Shown: positions 6,915 through 16,795, counted from the first letter of the stretch. The stretch is 64,000 nucleotides of DNA from a virus (IMGVR_UViG_2932189381_000001:24038-88037); one strand, 5' to 3'. Program-made: numbers and translations. Notes: generated by a model from the sequence alone, not told the origin.

Positions 6915-7151
6915 ATGCGCGACACCGCCCCGGCCACCACGGAGAAGCTGCTCCCGGCCGCCGACGTGGCGAGCGCCCTGAACCTCTCGCTCACCGCCGT
7001 GTACCGCCTCGTCCGCAGTGGCGACCTGCCGAGCCACCGCTTCGGCAAGGGCAAGATCCGCCCGCGTGGCGTCCGTATCCCGGAGTCCGCCATCGAGGCG
7101 TACCTGAACGGCTCCCTCACCGCCCCGACTGCCGCCGAGGAGGCCGCGTGA
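6915..7151 (+). CDS. Excisionase-like HTH_17 DNA-binding protein
   Basis: LLPAADVASALNLSLTAVYRLVRSGDLPSHRFG...VRIPESAIEAYL; AAAGGAG RBS. Confidence 0.85.
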   Translation: MRDTAPATTEKLLPAADVASALNLSLTAVYRLVRSGDLPSHRFGKGKIRPRGVRIPESAIEAYLNGSLTAPTAAEEAA

Positions 7152-7576
7152 TGACCGCCCCCGCCCCGACCGCCCCGCTTCCCTCCGCCGCCGCCGAGGC
7201 GCTGGCCCGGTTGGAGCGTGCGTTCCTCCCGCTGGCCGTGGTGCGTGCGGTGACCCGCTACGAGACCGCGGCACTCCGGTTCGACGAGCTGTCGGCGCGC
7301 CCGGCGTCGAAGCTGTCGCCGGCGGAAGCCGACGCGCTGCGCCTGGCGCAGGAGACGATGACGGCCGAGTTCGCCGTGCTGGCGAAGGCAGGCCGGACGG
7401 ATCTGCTGGCGCCGCTGGAGGTGGCCACCGCGTACCGGTACGCGGCAGCGCACTGCCGGGACCTCGCGGCGGTCGCCGACTTCGACGGTTGCCTCGCCGC
7501 GCAGGACGAGATGGCCATGTGTCGCTGCCGACTGGAGCAGGCGGGTCGGCTCGACCTGATCGAGGTCGTCCGGTGA
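7151..7576 (+). CDS. Hypothetical protein with an internal duplication (..AGRTDLL/..AGRLDLI)
   Basis: Coupled to the upstream gene; GGAGG RBS. Confidence 0.6.
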   Translation: MTAPAPTAPLPSAAAEALARLERAFLPLAVVRAVTRYETAALRFDELSARPASKLSPAEADALRLAQETMTAEFAVLAKAGRTDLLAPLEVATAYRYAAAHCRDLAAVADFDGCLAAQDEMAMCRCRLEQAGRLDLIEVVR

Positions 7577-7782
7577 GCGCCGACCTGGCCCGTCTGTCGG
7601 CGGCGCGGGAGACGGCGGACCGGATCGTCGCCCAGATCAGTGACTGGGACGGTGGGGAAGCACCCCGTCTGCTGGTCACGGTCATCGACCCGGAGACCCG
7701 GGAGCGGCTGGGGACGGCGTTCGTCACCATCCGTCCCGAGCCGGCCGCCCGGCCCCTGCGCCTGGTGCGGGAGGCGTCGTGA
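7573..7782 (+). CDS. Hypothetical protein
   Basis: GTGA overlap; GAGG RBS. Confidence 0.55.
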   Translation: MSADLARLSAARETADRIVAQISDWDGGEAPRLLVTVIDPETRERLGTAFVTIRPEPAARPLRLVREAS

Positions 7783-8090
7783 GCGACCACGAGAAGACGA
7801 AGGAGCCGCTGCCGCAGCGCCCGAGGGGCCCGCACCCCTACCTGTTCGGCTCCGCGCTGTGAGCCCCGCCGAGCAGGGCGCGGCTGCGAAGGCGCTCGCG
7901 GAGCAGACCCGGCAGCGGATCGCGGCTGCGAAGGCTGCCGCTGCTGCTGCTGAGGCCGCCCGTAAGGCCACCGGCCGGCGCTAACCCCCTGATCGCCGTG
8001 GGGTGGCGGATGTTTCGGCTCCCCTCCGTCCCGCCACCCCGCGGCCCCAACCCCCATCTATCCCGGCTTGACCATCCGAGGAGATCAGCC

Positions 8091-8423
8091 ATGCCTTATT
8101 CCGCCGAGATCATCGAGCCGACCGCCTGGCCCGAGGGCGTCATCGCCCGCTACCTCACCGTCGGCGGCGGCACCATCGACCTCGCCCTCAAGCAGATCCG
8201 CCACACCTTCCCCGACGGGATCTTGGGCACCCGCGGCCTGACCTCGGCAACGTGCACCGGCTGCCCGGCCACTGGCGACTTCCCGCACTGGCGCAGCCGC
8301 ACGGGCGTGTGGGCCGGCACGTGGGATGAGGACATCCCCGCCGAGGAGGTCGAAGCCGACGCCCGCGCGTGGGCCCAGGCCCACGCGGAGACCTGCCGGG
8401 CCATGCCCCGACCCGCCGCCTGA
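8091..8423 (+). CDS. Hypothetical protein, paralogue of 59305 and 59586 (WPxGVIARYLTVGG family)
   Basis: GAGGAG RBS; shares N- and C-terminal motifs with the two paralogues. Confidence 0.75.
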   Translation: MPYSAEIIEPTAWPEGVIARYLTVGGGTIDLALKQIRHTFPDGILGTRGLTSATCTGCPATGDFPHWRSRTGVWAGTWDEDIPAEEVEADARAWAQAHAETCRAMPRPAA

Positions 8424-8476
8424 CCAACCCCACCCCCCTCACCCCCACCACTTCGACCCGGAAGGGCTCACCTGCC

Positions 8477-8719
8477 ATGTCTCCTTACCTGTTCTCCGCC
8501 GACCTGGGCGTCACCGACCTCGGCCAGCACGTCCGCGCCACCACGACGATCGCCGAGTTGGACGCCGAAGCCCGAGTGCTGTCCATCAGCGACCTGTTCG
8601 CCGGCTACGCCGCCGCCGTCGCGTCCGGCGACCGGTCCCGGATGGCGCAGATCCGCCTCGCCGCCGGCCCCGACCTGCTCGCCGAACTCGACTGGGTCAA
8701 GTACCCGGCCGCCGCGTGA
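8477..8719 (+). CDS. Hypothetical protein
   Basis: GAAGGG RBS; GC3-biased frame. Confidence 0.6.
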   Translation: MSPYLFSADLGVTDLGQHVRATTTIAELDAEARVLSISDLFAGYAAAVASGDRSRMAQIRLAAGPDLLAELDWVKYPAAA

Positions 8720-8940
8720 TGGGCGTCGACGTGTGGGAGGGCCGGCCCCTCGAGGAGCGCCGGCCGGTGAGCAGGCCGCTCGCCGAGGAGATCCACTACC
8801 GGCTGTACGACCAGGCCGGGCGGCTTCTCAGCTTCAACTCGACGAACAGTCTCGCCTCCCTGGTCGCGGACGTCGCCGTCACAGCGCGGGAGTACCCGGC
8901 CGGCCGTATTACCGCCGTCCAGTACGACGGCCCCGCCTGA
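8719..8940 (+). CDS. Hypothetical protein
   Basis: TGATG coupling. Confidence 0.55.
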   Translation: MGVDVWEGRPLEERRPVSRPLAEEIHYRLYDQAGRLLSFNSTNSLASLVADVAVTAREYPAGRITAVQYDGPA

Positions 8941-9077
8941 CCCCCCGTTCCGCCGTCGCACGGTCCATGACCCCCCGTCTCCGTGCGGCGGCAGCCCCGG
9001 CCCGGCCACCACGGGCGTAGCCGCAAAGGCAACCGGGGCGCTGCACCACCCGACCACCAACCCGAAGGGAGCCCGTC

Positions 9078-9287
9078 ATGGGCCTGTTCAAGAAGTCCGC
9101 CGAGGAGAAGGTCGCGGTCGCCGAGATGCGCGCCGCGGACCGTCGCCTGAACGAGAACTCCGACCGGGAGCGCCGCGCCGGTATCCGGGACGAGACGCCC
9201 GAGTACCAGCGCCTCAACGCCGCCGCGAACGAGGCCGCCGCGAAGGTGTCGTTCTGGCACGGCGGCACCCGGCGCAAGACCCGCTGA
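9078..9287 (+). CDS. Small hypothetical protein of the transfer operon
   Basis: AAGGGAG RBS; clean frame. Confidence 0.65.
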   Translation: MGLFKKSAEEKVAVAEMRAADRRLNENSDRERRAGIRDETPEYQRLNAAANEAAAKVSFWHGGTRRKTR

Positions 9288-9386
9288 CCGGCTGTCCGCG
9301 GCGCCCGGCCCGTACCGGGCGCCAAGGAGAACTGGCGCAGCACCACCCCCACCCCACCGACCATCCACTCGAAGGGATCACCCGTC

Positions 9387-10748
9387 ATGACTGCCAGCCC
9401 GCCGAAGCTGAACGGCCAGGCCAGGCCGCCCGTGTTGGGGGACTGGCAGCCCATAGGAGCCGCCACCCCCGAGCCCGAGACCTCCGCGAGCACCGAGTCG
9501 GCGCCGCAGCAGGACAGTGAGCTCGTCGCCCAGGCGCAGGCCGAAGCGATCCGCGCGCAGGCGTGGGCGGAGTCGGAGGAGCGTCGCCTCGCCGCCGAGG
9601 CGGAGAAGGAAGCCGCGCTGAAGCGCGCCGACGCCGAAGCTGAGGCGATCCGGGTGAAGGCGGAGGAGGAGGCGCGGAAGCTGCGCCTCGCCAACGACCG
9701 GCAGGAGCGCAAGGCTGCCGAGGAGCAGGCCGCGTCCGAGGCGCGGATCGCCGAGAGCCGGCAGCGGAAGGCGGACGCCGACCGCGCCCGCGCCGACGCC
9801 GACCGTCAGGCCAAGGAGCAGCAGCAGACCGAGGCCGAGAAGGCTGAGGCTGTCGAGAAGTCCAGCGAGCGGTGGCGGAACGTGGCCCTCGGCTTCTATG
9901 GACTGTGCGCCGCGGTCGCCCTGCCGGTGCAGATGGCCGCGTTCTACGACCCGGACGCCAAGTACCTCCTCGTCGCTCCGGTCTTCATCGAGGTGATCGC
10001 CCTGGTCGCGCTCGTGGGTGCCGCGGCTGCGGTCACGGACGGGCGCCCGCAGTGGCACTACCGGCTCGTCGCCTGGGTCGGTGCGCTCACTGCTGCGACG
10101 ATCAACATCGTTCACGGCCTGGACGCCTTCGACCCCGCGACCGCGTTCGGTACCGCCCTCGCCTCCGTCGCCGGCCCCGGCATGTGGGACCTCCACGAGC
10201 ACGGCCGTCTCCGGAAGCGCAACGGCAAGCCGTCGTGGCGAGAGCGCCGCGCGCAGCGGAAGGAAGCCGAGCGGATTGCCGCTGAGAAGGTCGCGGAAGA
10301 GGTGCGCGAGGCGGAGCGCCAGGCGTACCGCGAGAAGGCCGAACGCGAGGCCGTGCAGCAACTGACCGAGCGTCGCGCGAGCCTCTTCCCGAAGGTGTGG
10401 CAGCACGCCGAGAAGCTCGCCGCCGACCTCGGCGAGACGACCGTCACCCAGGCCATCTGGGAGCGCGCCAAGCTCGACGTCGAGGGCGCGAAGCCGGGCG
10501 AGTCCGCCGAGGTTCTGCGGATGCGTAACGCCGCCGAAATGAGGGTCGAAGCCGCCCGCGAAAAGCGGTGCGTAAACGGATCATCACAGCAGGTCGCATC
10601 GCAAGTGCTCGGCCCGAAGAAGACCCGCGTCTACAACCCTCCTGCGCGCCGCGGAGTGCGCACGTCGGGCGACTCCCCGAAGCAGTCGCCGGGAGCCCGC
10701 CGACAGGCATCCATCGCCGCCAAGAACGCCCGCCAGAACGCCAACTAA
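9387..10748 (+). CDS. Spd-like (SpdB/DUF2637-type) coiled-coil plus multi-TM plasmid spread protein
   Basis: Ala/Glu/Arg coiled coil followed by about 4 hydrophobic helices; upstream of traB. Confidence 0.65.
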   Translation: MTASPPKLNGQARPPVLGDWQPIGAATPEPETSASTESAPQQDSELVAQAQAEAIRAQAWAESEERRLAAEAEKEAALKRADAEAEAIRVKAEEEARKLRLANDRQERKAAEEQAASEARIAESRQRKADADRARADADRQAKEQQQTEAEKAEAVEKSSERWRNVALGFYGLCAAVALPVQMAAFYDPDAKYLLVAPVFIEVIALVALVGAAAAVTDGRPQWHYRLVAWVGALTAATINIVHGLDAFDPATAFGTALASVAGPGMWDLHEHGRLRKRNGKPSWRERRAQRKEAERIAAEKVAEEVREAERQAYREKAEREAVQQLTERRASLFPKVWQHAEKLAADLGETTVTQAIWERAKLDVEGAKPGESAEVLRMRNAAEMRVEAAREKRCVNGSSQQVASQVLGPKKTRVYNPPARRGVRTSGDSPKQSPGARRQASIAAKNARQNAN

Positions 10749-10771
10749 CTCACCCCTGGAGTGATCAAACT

Positions 10772-11233
10772 ATGAACGCCTCTCTTCGCCGCATCGCCGT
10801 CTCGACCACCGCCACCGTCGCCCTCCTCGGAGGGGCCGCCGCGACCGCCACCGCCGCCGCTCCGGAGCACGAGGCGACCGTCGTCGCGATCGCCCGCACC
10901 GACATCCAGCCCGGCCTCACCAACGGGGTCGCTCCCGCCAACGGTGGCAGCGGCGCACCGCTGAACGGCCCGCAGCAGCAGATGCCCGCCGGCTACCCGC
11001 AGCAGATCCAGACCCAGGCGTCCGGAGCGGCGATCGGCACGGGTGTTGCCGCCATCGCGATCCTCGGCCTCGTCGTCTTCTTCCGGGTCAAGGGCGGCCA
11101 CCTGAAGGTCGGTGACGCGGTCGTCGTCACGATCCTCGGTGTCGCGCTCGCCGGAACCGTGATCGGCGGCATGGCCGATCAGCTCACGGACACCGGTGTC
11201 GCTTCGCTCAGCAACATCCTCGGCGGCCTCTGA
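10772..11233 (+). CDS. Membrane protein of the transfer operon (signal-like N-terminus, 2 TM)
   Basis: GGAG RBS; hydrophobic segments. Confidence 0.65.
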   Translation: MNASLRRIAVSTTATVALLGGAAATATAAAPEHEATVVAIARTDIQPGLTNGVAPANGGSGAPLNGPQQQMPAGYPQQIQTQASGAAIGTGVAAIAILGLVVFFRVKGGHLKVGDAVVVTILGVALAGTVIGGMADQLTDTGVASLSNILGGL

Positions 11234-11294
11234 TCCACCCCTCGTGCGGGGCCCGGACCGGGCCCCGCCCCTGACCCCTGGAAGGACAGGCCCC

Positions 11295-13559
11295 GTGGCC
11301 ACCGAAACCGAGTACCAGCCCTACGAGCCGTTCGAGCCGGTCGACTGGCTCGCCGAGGAGCCGGCCAAGCCCGCAGAGCCGTCCCGCGCCGACCGCGCCA
11401 AGGTGGCGTTCAAGGAGCAGCGCGGCCACGCCGCCACCCGCACGAAGGACTGGCTCGCGGGTGGCGACCTCGACCAGGTCACCGTCTTCGAACTCGCCGC
11501 CAAGAAGAAGCAGCGCAAATACGACAGCGGGCTGACCCAGCAGGAGCGGACTGCTGCCGAAGCTCGCGCCCGCTTCGAAGTCGCCAAAACCCAAGCCGAA
11601 GCCAGCGAGAAGGGCGGTAACGCCAGCAGCCTGGCCGGCTACGCCGGGAGGACCGCCGCGGCAGAAGCCAAGCTCGAGCAGTTGCGAGCCCGGCCTGTCC
11701 TCCCGCCGACCGACTGGGAGATCGCCGCCGCCCGCACCAGTAAGAAGGCAACCCGTGCCGCGATCGTCGCCGGGGGCGGACTGGGTGCCATGTCCGTCCT
11801 GGGCGGGGCGATAGAGCAGGCCGCGACCGGGCAGCCGATGCTCCTTGCCGTGGTCACCACCGCCGCCGGGTACGGCTGGTACCTGATCTCCCGCCCGTTC
11901 GTCCGCGGTCAGGCTGGTGAGGCCCCTTTCGGGATGGCCCCGGCGAGCCTGCCCGCCACGTTCCAGGCGGAGCCGACCGGGGGAGCGATGGGCGTCGGAT
12001 CGCACGTCGTCATGAACGTCGAGCAGCTCGCCGACGACGCCAAGCCCTTCCCGCTGCGGGGCGCGTCCACGCCTGAGCGGCTCGCCGAATGCGTCCTCCT
12101 CGCCGCCCGCGCCGAGAACGTGCCGATCGTCGAGGTGTCGGACGTGACCCGTCAGCCCTGGGGCTGGCAGTGCACGGTACGCGTCGGCGAAGGCACTCCC
12201 GAGGCGATCATTTCGAAGGCGGGTGACCTCGAGACCCGGTTCGATCTGAAGACGAACGGTGTCCGCCCGCAGCCCCTCAGGGCGCGTCGCGCCTGCGCGA
12301 TCCTGCGCTTGGTCGAGGGCGACCCGTTCGCCACCGCCCCCGGCCTGCCCTACCGGGCCCCCAAGTCCCTGTCGATCACCGACGCGTTCCGTATCGGCAC
12401 CAGTGTCGGCGGCGACCCGCTCGAGCTGTCCCTGGCCGGCGTCATGGGCCTGTGGGTGGCGGCGTCCGGCGGCGGCAAGACCGGCATCCTGCAGGCGCTC
12501 GCCGAAGGAGTGACGGCCTGCCGGGACAACATCACCATCGACCTGGATCCGTTCGGGGACGGCCTGGAGGACCTCGGTGACGCCGTCCGGATCACCGCGC
12601 GCAGCAACGAGCAGATCGAAGCGGTCCTGCTGTTCTTCCTGGTCATGGCCAAGGGCCGGGCCCGGCTGCGGGCGAAGCTCGGCATGGGCAAGAAGTGGAA
12701 GCCCAGCCCGAAGCACCCCGCCGTCACGATCTTCTTCGACGAACTGCCGAAGGCCAGCACCCTGGCCAAGCGCCTGTACAACGACCTGCTGCTCGTCGGC
12801 CGCAAGGAGCTGATCGTCGTGGAGGCCGCGTCGCAGGGCGGCCAGAGCTCCTACCTCGGAGCGAACATCGCCCAGATGGTCGCCCTCAAGGCAGTCGGCC
12901 CCTGCAAGGTCGAGGACACCAGGTCGGTCCTCGGGGACGGCTCCGTGAAGGAGGGCTACCTCCCGCACAAGCTGTCCCCGGCGACCCAGACCGACCCCAA
13001 GGACGCCGGGCACATCTTCATCCAGGGCGTGCCCGGGATGGCGGACGAGCCGATCGAGTACGCCGTCCATGAGGTGCCGTCCGCGGTACTGCGGCAGCTC
13101 GGGCAGGAGCGGCTTGAGGCCGGCCTGCTGGACCCGGACCAGGACAGCCTCGACGCGATGCGCGGCGTGGACCTGCCCGAGTACGTCGAGCCGGAGTACG
13201 ACAAGGACGGCGACCTGAAGAAGCCGGCGCCGGTCGAGCTCCTCACGTGGGAGCAGCTGCTGCGCCTGTGCGATGCCGAGCCGCCCGCGGGTGCCGAGCT
13301 GTCGGACGGCCCAGCGCGGGCTGCGGTCGAGGACGCGGTGACCGTCATGGAGAAGGCGGGCGTCGACCGGATGAAGACCGAGGTGCTCCTTGCCGCACTC
13401 CAGGAGTACGACCCGGACGCCTACGGGGAGTTGGGTGTCGACGAGTTCAAGGCGCTGCTGAAGAAGGCGGGCGCCGGGGCGCCGCTGACGCTCGGTCCGA
13501 TCGGTGAGGAGAAGAATCCGCGCGGCTTCAAGCGTGATCGCCTCCGTCACCTCCTGTGA
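11295..13559 (+). CDS. traB: TraB-type FtsK/SpoIIIE conjugative DNA translocase
   Basis: Two TM helices, Walker A AASGGGKT, Walker B TIFFDELP, GRK motif, C-terminal wHTH ending NPRGFKRD; GAAGGA RBS. Confidence 0.85.
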   Translation: MATETEYQPYEPFEPVDWLAEEPAKPAEPSRADRAKVAFKEQRGHAATRTKDWLAGGDLDQVTVFELAAKKKQRKYDSGLTQQERTAAEARARFEVAKTQAEASEKGGNASSLAGYAGRTAAAEAKLEQLRARPVLPPTDWEIAAARTSKKATRAAIVAGGGLGAMSVLGGAIEQAATGQPMLLAVVTTAAGYGWYLISRPFVRGQAGEAPFGMAPASLPATFQAEPTGGAMGVGSHVVMNVEQLADDAKPFPLRGASTPERLAECVLLAARAENVPIVEVSDVTRQPWGWQCTVRVGEGTPEAIISKAGDLETRFDLKTNGVRPQPLRARRACAILRLVEGDPFATAPGLPYRAPKSLSITDAFRIGTSVGGDPLELSLAGVMGLWVAASGGGKTGILQALAEGVTACRDNITIDLDPFGDGLEDLGDAVRITARSNEQIEAVLLFFLVMAKGRARLRAKLGMGKKWKPSPKHPAVTIFFDELPKASTLAKRLYNDLLLVGRKELIVVEAASQGGQSSYLGANIAQMVALKAVGPCKVEDTRSVLGDGSVKEGYLPHKLSPATQTDPKDAGHIFIQGVPGMADEPIEYAVHEVPSAVLRQLGQERLEAGLLDPDQDSLDAMRGVDLPEYVEPEYDKDGDLKKPAPVELLTWEQLLRLCDAEPPAGAELSDGPARAAVEDAVTVMEKAGVDRMKTEVLLAALQEYDPDAYGELGVDEFKALLKKAGAGAPLTLGPIGEEKNPRGFKRDRLRHLL

Positions 13560-13579
13560 CCGATACGCGAACTATGTAC

Positions 13580-13746
13580 CCCTGATCAGGGCTCGCTCAG
13601 CCCTGATCAGGCTGCAAACCCGCAGGTCGCAGTCGCTCAGCCTGCTGCTCACCGTCTGCTCAACCTCTGCTCTGAGCAGCCCGTGAGCAGATCCCAGAGC
13701 AGCCCTGACCTGCACCTTTCCCCACCGAGCAGCCCTGATCAGCAGG
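13580..13746. repeat. clt-like locus (putative TraB recognition repeats)
   Basis: Non-coding, directly after traB. 3x CTGCTC then 4x GAGCAG (inverted arrangement, mostly 11-12 bp spacing), 3x CCCTGATCAG, flanking GCAGGTCG/TGACCTGC. Confidence 0.7.
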
Positions 13747-13783
13747 AACAAACCATCACAAACCAGAAACGGAGATCATCGCC

Positions 13784-14185
13784 ATGCCGAAGTCCTGGGA
13801 CCCCTCGAAGGCGAAGAAGTTCGCCAAGGAGGCCCGCCTCAACGTGCCCTACTACGTCGTCTACGACATCGCCCAGAACCGGGCCCCTTACGAGGACGCC
13901 CAGCTGTACTCGGAGTTCACCTTCACCCGGAGGGCGCCGCTCACCGGCAACCCGATGACGGACGGCGGCACCAGCGCCGAAGGGCTCTGCCTGCGCTTCG
14001 GGCCCGTCTACGACCAGCCCCCGGCCGGCATGCGCAACGTCGCCGGACCCGGCCCGCAGGTCGGTGCGCCGCTCGGCGAGGACCACTCCGCCTACCTGGA
14101 CGAGGCCGAACTGCGCGGCATGGAGAAGCTCGCCGCCCAGGGGGCCGACCCGCGCGCCCGCCGCATCCGCGGCCGACGTGTCTGA
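13784..14185 (+). CDS. Hypothetical protein
   Basis: GGAG RBS; strong codon bias. Confidence 0.7.
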   Translation: MPKSWDPSKAKKFAKEARLNVPYYVVYDIAQNRAPYEDAQLYSEFTFTRRAPLTGNPMTDGGTSAEGLCLRFGPVYDQPPAGMRNVAGPGPQVGAPLGEDHSAYLDEAELRGMEKLAAQGADPRARRIRGRRV

Positions 14186-14220
14186 CCAGCAACCCGCCCA
14201 CCCACCGCAAGGAGACACAG

Positions 14221-14430
14221 ATGAGCCTCACCAGTTGGTACGCCCACGTCCGGATCGAGAAGAACGGCAAGTACGTCGAGCACAAGGGGACGTTCGACGC
14301 CGAGACGGTCGGGGGCCGCGTGCCCACGGAGCGAATGATGGCCGAGCAGGTAGCGGAGATGCTCCTCCACCAAGCCCCCCACCTCAGGGGCGGACGGATC
14401 ACCGCCTGCGAAGTCCGCAAGCTCGCCTAG
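14221..14430 (+). CDS. Hypothetical protein
   Basis: AAGGAG RBS. Confidence 0.65.
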   Translation: MSLTSWYAHVRIEKNGKYVEHKGTFDAETVGGRVPTERMMAEQVAEMLLHQAPHLRGGRITACEVRKLA

Positions 14431-14493
14431 CCAAGACCGGGGCGCCTGACGCGCCCGAACCCCACCCGCCACACCTAAGAGAAGGGGCCACTC

Positions 14494-14655
14494 ATGGCCA
14501 CCAAGCAGGAACTGCTCGCCCTCGCCGCGAACACGGAGAACTTGATCGCGCGGACCGCCAGCCCGGACGACTTCCAGCTCGAGCAGCGTGACCGGATCAT
14601 CGCCGCCGCCCACGCAGCCGGGATCACTGACGAAGAGATCAATGCAGCGCGCTAG
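14494..14655 (+). CDS. Small hypothetical protein (MATKQELLALAAN...)
   Basis: GAAGGGG RBS; 53 aa, below the ORF track cutoff. Confidence 0.55.
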   Translation: MATKQELLALAANTENLIARTASPDDFQLEQRDRIIAAAHAAGITDEEINAAR

Positions 14656-14747
14656 CTGAGCCGGGGCGCCCCTCGAATGCCTGGAAGCGACCAGGGGCGC
14701 CCCTTCCCTCCCCATCCGATTCAAGACCCGACGAGGAGACCCTCATC

Positions 14748-14933
14748 ATGCCCCACCGAATGGCCGACCAGCAGTGGGAGGCCCAGAACGGCAGCCTCTC
14801 CCCGGACGAAGCCCGAGCCCGCGGCCTGTGCTGGTGCTGCAGCGGCAACGGCGCCCTCTACAGCGCCCATGGCGGAGAGCGGATCACGGCGCCGTGCCCC
14901 GAGCGCTGCGACAACGGCAAGGCCCGCCGATGA
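14748..14933 (+). CDS. Small Cys-rich protein (CxxCxGxG...CxxxCxxG)
   Basis: GAGGAG RBS; DnaJ-like Cys motifs. Confidence 0.6.
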   Translation: MPHRMADQQWEAQNGSLSPDEARARGLCWCCSGNGALYSAHGGERITAPCPERCDNGKARR

Positions 14934-15418
14934 CCATCACCGCCCTCCGGCCGTCCGTCAACACCACCCTCAACCTCGAGACCCGGCTCGCCCTGGTCGA
15001 CGCCGCCATGTCGGTCCGCCTCGACGAGGCCGCGGTCGCCTTCGAGGTCAACACCGCGCACCTGCCCGGCGCTGACCCGATTCCGCTGCGCCTCACCCCG
15101 ACCGCGGCACCCAACCCGTACCGGACGCCGATCGCCGGCCTCCTCCACCGGGCCCGAATCCGGCTCGAGACCAGCGGCTGGTGCCGCGATGCCCTCTACG
15201 ACGAGTCCGGTGCCGTCTGCCCGATCCGTGCGATCCGCCTCGAAGCAGCCGGCCGCGACCAGGCGCACGACGCCTGCGTGCTCCTCCTCGACGCCATTCA
15301 GGCCGACTTCCCGGGCGCGGAAACCATCCCGTCCTGGAACGCCGACCAGACCAGCCCGACACCCGTCCTGCACGCCTTCGACCGCGCAGCCAACCACGCC
15401 CACAACCGCGGCCTCTGA
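14930..15418 (+). CDS. DUF6197-like protein
   Basis: L..SGWCR......GAVCPIRAIR...IPSWN motif. Confidence 0.65.
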   Translation: MTITALRPSVNTTLNLETRLALVDAAMSVRLDEAAVAFEVNTAHLPGADPIPLRLTPTAAPNPYRTPIAGLLHRARIRLETSGWCRDALYDESGAVCPIRAIRLEAAGRDQAHDACVLLLDAIQADFPGAETIPSWNADQTSPTPVLHAFDRAANHAHNRGL

Positions 15419-15437
15419 GCCGCCGAAAGGAACCGCA

Positions 15438-15653
15438 ATGACCATCAAGCTCGAGCCGAACCACCGGTGGGAGACCGCCCAGACCTTCGGCCGCATGCCC
15501 GACAACCTGTCCGACGACTATGCCGCCCCCGAGAAGACGTGGATGGCCGCCATCGTCGACAACGTCAGCGGCCGGTTCGTCGTCAAGGCCGGCCCGCACG
15601 CCACCGAAGCCGACGCCATCGCCGACGCCGCCCGCAAGTACACCCGCCGATAG
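15438..15653 (+). CDS. Hypothetical protein
   Basis: AAAGGA RBS. Confidence 0.6.
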   Translation: MTIKLEPNHRWETAQTFGRMPDNLSDDYAAPEKTWMAAIVDNVSGRFVVKAGPHATEADAIADAARKYTRR

Positions 15654-15670
15654 GTAGAAAGGGCCACACC

Positions 15671-15868
15671 ATGGGCAAGCCCACCCCCGAACAGATCCGT
15701 GAAGCCGGCCGCAAACTCCAGCGCGGCGGACTCCTCGGCACCGGCAGCAGCAAGAAGGCCGACAAGCTCGTCGCCGAAGCCGTCGCCGCCGGCATGGACG
15801 AGCAGGAGATCGCCTTCGAGATTCTCGGCGCGTCCGCCGACTACGAGCCCCGCCCCTGGGCGAGGTAG
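15671..15868 (+). CDS. Hypothetical protein
   Basis: AAAGGG RBS. Confidence 0.6.
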   Translation: MGKPTPEQIREAGRKLQRGGLLGTGSSKKADKLVAEAVAAGMDEQEIAFEILGASADYEPRPWAR

Positions 15869-15885
15869 ATCAGCCCGCTACGCCG

Positions 15886-15921
15886 AGGCCCCGACCGTCA
15901 TCCGTGACGGTCGGGGCTTTT
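15886..15921 (+). terminator. Rho-independent terminator
   Basis: GGCCCCGACCGTCA-TCCG-TGACGGTCGGGGCT-TTT. Confidence 0.75.
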
Positions 15922-16134
15922 GGTGTGGGGACGGCGCGGGCTACCCAGCCGCGGCCGGTGCCGTCGGACGGCGGGTTCGTGGGGACGGCTCCGAGGAGTC
16001 TGCAGATGCGGTCCAACTCCCGCTGGCAGACCGCTTGGGTCCTGCCTCGCACCATGTACACCACATCGTCCATAGACGGCAGTCTGCCCCGCACCGGGGA
16101 CGGAACGGGGCAGAACACGGGAAGACGCTACGGC

Positions 16135-16371
16135 TTACAGGGGGCACGCCTCGTCGATCTCGGCGATCGCCCGGTTCAGTAGTTCCGTCGCCTCGGCGGT
16201 CGTGCCCGAGGCGAGAGCCTGCTCGGCTTCAGCGAGGAGACGTTGGGCGGTCTCGTAGTCGGGGTCGTCGCCGATCGCGTCGAGCGTCTCGGTGATCGCG
16301 TCGTTGATCCTCACGGCGGAACGGTCCTCATGGCCCTGGGCGCGCAGCCAGTCGGTGATGCTGTCCGTCAC
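16135..16371 (-). CDS. Hypothetical helical protein
   Basis: GGAG RBS; coupled to the upstream gene. Confidence 0.6.
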   Translation of the reverse strand: MTDSITDWLRAQGHEDRSAVRINDAITETLDAIGDDPDYETAQRLLAEAEQALASGTTAEATELLNRAIAEIDEACPL

Positions 16372-16652
16372 GACGACTCCTCGGGGCCCTTGGCGCGCTT
16401 GGCTTCGACTTCGCGGCCGACGGTGGGTTCCCGCTTGCGTTCGACGCCTTCAGCGCGGGCGATCCGCCGGAAGACCTCGGGCGTCATCCCGGTCAGCTTG
16501 GCGAGCTGGGTGACGGACGCGCCGGACTTGAGGTCGAGGGCGGCTTGCTCGCGGACTGGGTCCTTGAGTTCGCGTTCGGTTTCGAGGGCGCGCTTGTAGC
16601 GGCCGTAGAGGCGTTCTGCCTCGTCATCGGGTGTCCAGGTGGCGGGGGTCAT
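16368..16652 (-). CDS. Small HTH DNA-binding protein
   Basis: LKSGASVTQLAKLTGMTPEVFRRIAR; likely leaderless. Confidence 0.7.
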   Translation of the reverse strand: MTPATWTPDDEAERLYGRYKRALETERELKDPVREQAALDLKSGASVTQLAKLTGMTPEVFRRIARAEGVERKREPTVGREVEAKRAKGPEESS

Positions 16653-16795
16653 ACGGGGATTGTCGCACAAGGGGTTGGCCACCGTGTAGCCCTACTCTTC
16701 CGATTCCTTGAGCGACTATGAGTAGCCCTATTGCGTGGACTACGCGTAGGTGTCATAGTGGAGTCATCGACACGGAGAACAGCAGGGGAGACACC

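Noticed and set aside
13640-13745. Second CRISPR array suggested by GAGCAG repeats
   Set aside because: The repeats are 6-12 bp with about 11-bp spacing and no spacers, which fits clt rather than CRISPR.
16762-16790. Partial match of the 32-nt spacer (GACACGGAG) near a promoter
   Set aside because: Only a 9-nt core with many flanking mismatches.
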